From Promethearchaeota archaeon (lineage in GTDB: Archaea > Asgardarchaeota > Lokiarchaeia > Sigyniarchaeales > SOKP01), in assembly GCA_016839585.1 (NCBI GenBank), contig JAEOTZ010000023.1, forward strand, positions 1 through 64,000: a stretch of DNA of 64,000 nt, given 5' to 3'. Made by a program: the position numbers and the translations under genes. The notes under the pieces are model-generated. The model ran no database searches, was not told the origin of the DNA, and was given only the letters and a program-made list of their open reading frames with translations. Positions 58,079 through 64,000 of this stretch are shown piece by piece (positions within the stretch are counted from its first letter, which is position 1; each line of letters opens with the position of its first letter).

Positions 58079-58660
58079 ATGATTAATATGAAGGAAATCG
58101 AAAATTTGAGGTTTTATGTCCCATTAGTTTTTGTAGCTAATATTTTTCTAGGACCCATATTTAATTTCTTGATGTTTTTTTACAGAAAAATCCCTAATAG
58201 CTATATGTTTTTTAATATTTCCGATTTTCAGTTTGCAGATATCATGGCGGTAACATTTATCTTGTTTACGTTTATATTTTTAATAACATATAATTTTTCA
58301 GAAAAAATTAATAATGAACTAGCAATTTCTCTCTGTTTAATTATAATTGGTTTTAATTGTATTTATGCTGCTTTCGCTACAACCTGGTTAATTTACTTAA
58401 TAACATTTATCATTATCGGAGCAACTGCAGGATTCATAACACCAAAAATTATTGATCTGATGGGTGATATTGCTAGAAATAAAAAGAAAAAAAGATATCA
58501 TCTCTTTTTTATACCCATATGCATTATAATTTGGATATTTATTTATGGTATCATTTTTGAAGTTATAGGGATGTTATCATGGAGAATTTTATATATTATC
58601 ATCGGTATAACTAACATTTTATCGTCACCATTAATAATTTTCTATAAAGGACTTGAATAG
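58079..58660 (+). CDS. Half-MFS-like 6-TM membrane protein
   Basis: 6 TM, SWRILY. Confidence 0.6.
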   Translation: MINMKEIENLRFYVPLVFVANIFLGPIFNFLMFFYRKIPNSYMFFNISDFQFADIMAVTFILFTFIFLITYNFSEKINNELAISLCLIIIGFNCIYAAFATTWLIYLITFIIIGATAGFITPKIIDLMGDIARNKKKKRYHLFFIPICIIIWIFIYGIIFEVIGMLSWRILYIIIGITNILSSPLIIFYKGLE

Positions 58661-58928
58661 ATAAATAAAACCTTAGAATTTCTAAAAGAATAAAAAAATT
58701 ATTTAATTGCATTTTTTTATTCATTATTAAACTATGTAAAAATTACAATGAAAGTTCTAATTTCCTTCTTTTTGAGAAATTTGCACTTAAAAAAATAATA
58801 TTAATATTATTAATAATATTATATTATTGCATAGAAAATATGCTTAAATACATTCTAAATATTATTTTAATATAATTTATACAGAAAATTTCTTAAACCT
58901 CTTAAAATTATAAAAAAATGGTAAGGTA

Positions 58929-59726
58929 ATGTCAAAAGAAATTCCTGAAAATGTGAAAGAATCCTTAAGATCAATAGGACTTACGGATTATGAGATCTCA
59001 ATATATTTAACTTTAATAAGCAAAGGACCTATGGATGCTCGGGAATTATCAGAAGCGTCAGGTGTGCCCTACTCCCGTATATATAACATCCTCACACAGC
59101 TGGAAAAAGAAAAGTTGTGGATAATTAAAGAGGAAGCAAGCCGTCCATCGCGCTATTTTGCCAAATCGCCTGATGAGGCTCTGATTATTGCAAAGAAACA
59201 ATTTAATGATAATTTTGATGATCACTCAAATAAAATTATCCATTCATTAACTCCAATTTATCAATCTCACGATACTCCTATTAAAATTGCTCTATATGTT
59301 CATAGGGGCAGAGATGTATGTATTAATAGGGCATTAGCATTATTAAATTTAGCAAAAACATCTGTTTATATAGTTACTACTGATCAGGAATTTTTAGATG
59401 TATTTTATGATGATATTAAAAAAGCAAGAGCTCGAGGTGTTACAAATTTAAAGCTTTTAATTGAAGATAAAGCTTTACAAGATGAAAAATTCAGAAAAAC
59501 ATTAGAACAATATAAGGAATTATGTGAAATTCGTTCACGAGACCAAGTTTTTGGAAGTGCTATTGTAATGGATGAAGGAGAAGATGCATTCATTATTCTT
59601 TCTAAGGGTTTCTTTCCAAAAAAAATGTCTTATTTTGGTATAGTGACTGACCATATCGCCTTTGGACCTTCTGCTAACTATTATTTTAGTTATTTATATA
59701 AAACAGCTAAGGAAGTAAATCTGTAG
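58929..59726 (+). CDS. TrmB-family transcriptional regulator
   Basis: GLTDYE..IY.TL, SEASGVPYSRIYNIL, RPSRY. Confidence 0.93.
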   Translation: MSKEIPENVKESLRSIGLTDYEISIYLTLISKGPMDARELSEASGVPYSRIYNILTQLEKEKLWIIKEEASRPSRYFAKSPDEALIIAKKQFNDNFDDHSNKIIHSLTPIYQSHDTPIKIALYVHRGRDVCINRALALLNLAKTSVYIVTTDQEFLDVFYDDIKKARARGVTNLKLLIEDKALQDEKFRKTLEQYKELCEIRSRDQVFGSAIVMDEGEDAFIILSKGFFPKKMSYFGIVTDHIAFGPSANYYFSYLYKTAKEVNL

Positions 59727-59844
59727 TTCATTTTGAAAAAAAATTAAAACTTTTTTTGATTAGATGTCATTTATACTCTGTAAACACTTCCAATAACAAT
59801 GTTAAAATAATAGGATAAAAAATTTAATTTTTTGAAATATAGCA

Positions 59845-60309
59845 TTATTTTAAGAAAGTTCTTTTTCCCAAATAAATAAAAAGCTCAGATAATTCAAAAA
59901 GAGTCATTGGCATTATTACTCGTGCCATACTAGTACGAAGTTCTTCTTTATCTTTACCAGCAAGTATAAGGTTTCTTATATCCTCAACATAATCATCCAT
60001 ATTTAAGAATAATATTTCGATTTTATCAACACCCGTTAATTCCTCTATATCTTTATCCAAATGTTCCTCAACTTGATTAAGCAACCCTAATTTTAATTTT
60101 GGGCTTAGATCATATTTAGTAATAAGACGGTTCATTTCCTCAATTATAATGTTTAAAGATAAATTCCAATCTGCATTTTCTTTATATTTGGGAATTAAAA
60201 CTTCGCTGATAATCACCTCATAAAGAGTAGTTGGCGCTTTCTTGTCAAAATCAATTTCCATGCCATTTCTTAATTGGATCTTTTTAATTTCAGACATCTT
60301 AAACCTCAA
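59845..60309 (-). CDS. Hypothetical helical protein (probable start at the MSEIKK Met)
   Basis: ORF with GAGGT SD before the internal ATG. Confidence 0.7.
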   Translation of the reverse strand: MRFKMSEIKKIQLRNGMEIDFDKKAPTTLYEVIISEVLIPKYKENADWNLSLNIIIEEMNRLITKYDLSPKLKLGLLNQVEEHLDKDIEELTGVDKIEILFLNMDDYVEDIRNLILAGKDKEELRTSMARVIMPMTLFELSELFIYLGKRTFLK

Positions 60310-60558
60310 TTAAAATGGTAAATTATGATAATACTTATTAATTAATGGACTTAGTTCTAATAAATATTTGTGTTAATGAATATTTTTACATTATAAAAAA
60401 TTTGAAATATCTTCTTCTTAGTGCTTAAGAAATAAGCAAAACAGAATTAGTATTAGATATAGAGGTTAAAATCTGTATTAAATAAATTAATTTAGTAGTA
60501 AATATTATTGAATTTCAACATACTAAAATTAATTAAATACCTTAAGATGTCTTGAATT

Positions 60559-61698
60559 ATGAATAAATTTGAAAGAGCCCAAAAAATACTTAAAGAAATT
60601 AATGGAGACGGTTGGCTGATTGTATGTAATGAAGATAGTGATATTAACTCTAAATTCTTATTAGGTGTTGAGTCTCATGCTCTTCACTTTATTTTCGTAT
60701 CTACTGATGGACACCATAAAGTTCTTCCTGTAGAAATGGAAGCGAATATGATTCGAAAATCTCTCGGATCCAAAGGTATAAATGCTGAAGTAATATCCTA
60801 TAACACCTTAAAGGACTTAATTTCAAAATTAAAACCAATAATCAACAGACCGAAAATTGCGCTCAATTTTGGAGAAAATATTCTTGATCCTGATGGAACT
60901 CCTTATGCTGATTATCTTCAAGTTGGAGCCTTTTTTGCTATTAAAAAAATAAACCCTAATACAAAATTTATTTCAGCTGCCCCTATAATTTATGGGCTTA
61001 GAAGTCAAAAATCATCAGAAGAGTTAAAAGATCTACGTAATGTCTGTAAAGCCACAATTGAAATATTAGAAACTATTCCAAATTGGGTCAAAGTTGGAAT
61101 GACAGAAAAAGAAGTTATGGCTAAACTAGAATATGAATATTCAAAATTAGGAAAGCCTTCTTTTCCTGCTATAATAGCTACTGGAATACATTCAGCAGAC
61201 CCACATCATAATACCTCAACTAAAAAAATTGAACCTGGAGTTCTTTTAATTGATACTGGAATGCAGATCGATGAGATGTGTTCTGATATAACCTGGACTT
61301 TTTGGATTGGCAATGAGCCACCAGAGGATTTTATACAAGCATATCAAACATTATATGAAGCTAAGGAAATAGCTAATAAATACTATATAGCGAATACTCC
61401 TAATCATATACCGGCAAAAGAGTGCCGTAAATACTTAAGTGAAAAAGGTTATGATCATGAAAAACTTTTCTTTCATGGCTTAGGACATTCTCTTGGATTT
61501 GAAGCCCATGATATTGGTTCAAGAATAGGCTGGAAAGTATCGGAACACCATATACTTAAGGAAAATATGGTATATACTAATGAACCAGGATTATATTGGC
61601 TTGATAAATGGGGTATTAGATTGGAAGATGATGTAATTATCGGAAAAGATAAATGTGAACAAGTTACTTCCGTTTCTAAAGAACCAATTGTAATTTAA
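60559..61698 (+). CDS. Xaa-Pro aminopeptidase (M24 family)
   Basis: PHH, IDTG..SDIT, HGLGH, NEPG, GIRLED. Confidence 0.93.
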   Translation: MNKFERAQKILKEINGDGWLIVCNEDSDINSKFLLGVESHALHFIFVSTDGHHKVLPVEMEANMIRKSLGSKGINAEVISYNTLKDLISKLKPIINRPKIALNFGENILDPDGTPYADYLQVGAFFAIKKINPNTKFISAAPIIYGLRSQKSSEELKDLRNVCKATIEILETIPNWVKVGMTEKEVMAKLEYEYSKLGKPSFPAIIATGIHSADPHHNTSTKKIEPGVLLIDTGMQIDEMCSDITWTFWIGNEPPEDFIQAYQTLYEAKEIANKYYIANTPNHIPAKECRKYLSEKGYDHEKLFFHGLGHSLGFEAHDIGSRIGWKVSEHHILKENMVYTNEPGLYWLDKWGIRLEDDVIIGKDKCEQVTSVSKEPIVI

Positions 61699-61816
61699 CT
61701 AGTGAACAAAAATAGATTTCAAAAATAATTAATCTATCTTTCTTTAAAATTAAGATTATTTATTAATTTAAGTCAAATCGAATATAAGTCAATCAATTAA
61801 CAGATTTTATTTATAG

Positions 61817-62008
61817 TTATCTTCTTTCAGTTATTACGTCAACTTCAGATATTGGAATATAAACTAGATTATTATACTTATTCTCAAGTACTATAACTTC
61901 ATCATCAATAATAGATTGAATTATCCCCGCAAATTCTCGACTTTGATTTCTTACATAAATGTATACTTCTTTTTGTACTAACTTCTCAATTAAAGACTTT
62001 GGAATCAT
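61817..62008 (-). CDS. Sm/LSm-fold small protein
   Basis: KEVYIYV..REFAGII..DEVIVLE...VYIPISEV. Confidence 0.7.
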   Translation of the reverse strand: MIPKSLIEKLVQKEVYIYVRNQSREFAGIIQSIIDDEVIVLENKYNNLVYIPISEVDVITERR

Positions 62009-62103
62009 AATAAACCATTATTTAATATTTATTTATCACTTAAAATTATTTCTTAATTTTTTTATATTAATTTTTCATTAGAAACAAAGAAGTAGGTAAA
62101 AAC

Positions 62104-62235
62104 CGGAATCCATGATACAGTAAAAATTTTAAAAAGAGGAGACGTATTTATCTAATAACAGGGTTAAGGGTTGAGGTATTTTACCGATTTCTCGGCATTA
62201 GGTATAAGAATATATTTTGCTATCATGGCATTCCG
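62104..62235. other. Long-range inverted repeat / candidate structured RNA upstream of the Sm gene
   Basis: CGGAAT-CCATGATA..GTAAAA pairs with TTTTGC-TATCATGG-C-ATTCCG; internal CCGA-TTTC-TCGG hairpin. Confidence 0.5.
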
Positions 62236-62374
62236 ATCTTTATGTGTTCTTACATATAAAATATGTGCTTATCTAGTATTTAAAAATTTCCTTTTTTTTC
62301 ACTTGAAAAAAATGACAAAAAAAGATATCTAAATTTAAGCTGAAATTTTAAATTTTCAATGAAAGTATAAATAA

Positions 62375-63265
62375 TTATACTCGTTTTAGTTTTTTAACAA
62401 TATAATATTTGTTAAAATCTATTTTTCTTTCTTTTATTAAATCTAATATCGATTGTAAAATAAAGAATTTTCCATATTTCTCATTGAAGCGCTTAATAAC
62501 TATTTTTATTAACTTATTATTATTATATGATTTAAAATTACAATATTGATTTATTGAACAACTTCTCTGCTTCTTAAATAATATTCTACAATTATTACAG
62601 TTTTTTTTCGTCTTTTTTATAACAAAATTAAAAATTGAATTTTTTAAAACACTTTTAATGCTTTTATCATAAAACCTTGCTATCTTGAAACCGTTGTATT
62701 TTACACATAAGAGATTCCAACTTGGAATTAGACAAAAATTTGCATTTCGTATAAAATAGCTATCATATTTTGCGGTAAACATTCTCCGATATTTCTTGTT
62801 TGAGGAATATGAGAAATGTAGAGCAAACGGAGTAGAAATTATTAATTTTTGTCTTGAAGAGTTAAGGTTAACATAATACACTCTCCCACCATATATTTTG
62901 TGTAAAAAATATTCAGCAGTACTAATTCTAATTTTTTTATCATCTTTAGGAACCTTTGGTGAGGCTACACAATTTCCTTCACCATGTAATATCCATAATA
63001 CATAAACCCCCTTTTTATTATAATCTTCAGTTCTTTTAATGATTTCTTTTACCGATATATTAGAATTTTGAACTTCTATTACAATTTCTTGTCCAGAATG
63101 AAGTTTAAAGTAAATATCTGCTCTTCTATTGTTGAAATACTTTTCAAGAGATTTTTCTCTTACATTCTTATCTTCTTCTGAGATAGTTTTATATAATAAA
63201 TATTTAATTGCTTTATGCTGCCAGGACTCGGAACTAGAACTTTCAAATAAAAGAGATTTATTCAA
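62375..63265 (-). CDS. CoiA-like PD-(D/E)xK nuclease
   Basis: ESWQH, RRADI, VIEVQNS, RTEDY..G.YVLW. Confidence 0.85.
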   Translation of the reverse strand: MNKSLLFESSSSESWQHKAIKYLLYKTISEEDKNVREKSLEKYFNNRRADIYFKLHSGQEIVIEVQNSNISVKEIIKRTEDYNKKGVYVLWILHGEGNCVASPKVPKDDKKIRISTAEYFLHKIYGGRVYYVNLNSSRQKLIISTPFALHFSYSSNKKYRRMFTAKYDSYFIRNANFCLIPSWNLLCVKYNGFKIARFYDKSIKSVLKNSIFNFVIKKTKKNCNNCRILFKKQRSCSINQYCNFKSYNNNKLIKIVIKRFNEKYGKFFILQSILDLIKERKIDFNKYYIVKKLKRV

Positions 63266-63465
63266 TTTACCCTTTCATCATATTAGATTTGTATTGTATA
63301 AAAATACCACGGTGTCGTTAATAAAAATAGACAGTAATTTAAATTACTAGATTATGATATCAAATTTTTCTTTAAATATCTTTAAAATATCTATATTAAA
63401 AATATTAAAAATCAACGAACTGTGAGCTATTAAAAATAATTAATGATAAAATAATTGTGAGAATC

Positions 63466-64000
63466 ATGACTAATACGCATAGCCAAAGTTTTTTTGGGCA
63501 GTCTACTGGATTAACAATCCAGAGTTCATCAAAAACAGAGCCTTTTATCTTCTTGAAATGTATTAAGAAAAAAGGGGATGGAACATGGGAAAAACCCTCT
63601 AAAAATGAAGGTAAAACAGTTAAATGTAATCTAGACGAAATTGTAATGATATTGCAGGTTTTAAAACGAAAAACCAAATCTTGGTCTAGTTATCATGATT
63701 TTAATAATGTTAAAACTCAGATATCATTTCAATGGGAGGAAGGAAAAGAAGAAAAAATATGGATAAATATTGGAAATTATTCCAAGATGATGAATTTTGC
63801 ACAAGTTGAGATATTTAGATTGCTGTTAGAACATATTTTAAAAGAGAAAATTAAATATGCCACTTCCTCTAGAATTTCTGTTGTAAAGGACAAATCAAAA
63901 AAGATTGAAATAAATAATGCTACTGATATCGAAGTGAATCCTGATATTTCAAACAAGAAAAATTCAAAAATTATTGAAACTAGTCAAATAGAAGGTAATA
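63466..64000 (+). CDS. Hypothetical protein, runs off window (missing from ORF track)
   Basis: MTNTHSQSFFGQSTGL...GTWEKPSKNEGKTVKCNLDEIVMIL...WSSYHDF; no stop seen before the window end. Confidence 0.75.
   Translation, partial: MTNTHSQSFFGQSTGLTIQSSSKTEPFIFLKCIKKKGDGTWEKPSKNEGKTVKCNLDEIVMILQVLKRKTKSWSSYHDFNNVKTQISFQWEEGKEEKIWINIGNYSKMMNFAQVEIFRLLLEHILKEKIKYATSSRISVVKDKSKKIEINNATDIEVNPDISNKKNSKIIETSQIEGN

Noticed and set aside
583-59593. Other short ORFs nested antisense in or overlapping longer genes (e.g. 583, 3560, 5214, 9562, 10310, 13297, 13313, 18174, 18857, 21736, 29247, 29949, 32031, 32176, 34459, 45049, 46493, 49919, 52137, 53725, 54460, 55993, 59405)
   Set aside because: They are shadows of well-supported genes, with biased composition and no motifs.
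63129-63677. ORFs 63129..63350 (+) and 63405..63677 (-)
   Set aside because: Antisense to the CoiA-like gene and to the plus-strand ORF starting at 63466.

Overview
AT-rich, densely coding archaeal chromosome segment, most consistent with an Asgard archaeon of the Lokiarchaeia type (inferred from a two-domain gelsolin, RING/MIT/PCI/CD36-like proteins, an archaeal histone, proteasome beta, S30e and eukaryote-like SECIS hairpins). No rRNA, CRISPR array, transposase or integrase was recognised. The ORF track misses or mis-starts several of the most informative elements. (1) Two tandem selenophosphate synthetase genes, each with an in-frame TGA (Sec) at codon 18 and a eukaryote-type SECIS directly after the stop codon carrying an extra covarying hairpin. 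(2) A box H/ACA guide RNA whose pocket matches 23S rRNA helix 69 (U1911, E. coli numbering). (3) A tRNA-Trp(CCA) with three introns. (4) A heliorhodopsin cut by the left window edge. (5) A 180-bp-period repeat with TGATCA dyads upstream of the histone gene. (6) Several genes that appear to start at ATT/ATA behind Shine-Dalgarno motifs. (7) A CD36/LIMP-2-like protein and a relative built from repeats of its inserted module. All calls were made by eye from the sequence; no database searches were run.
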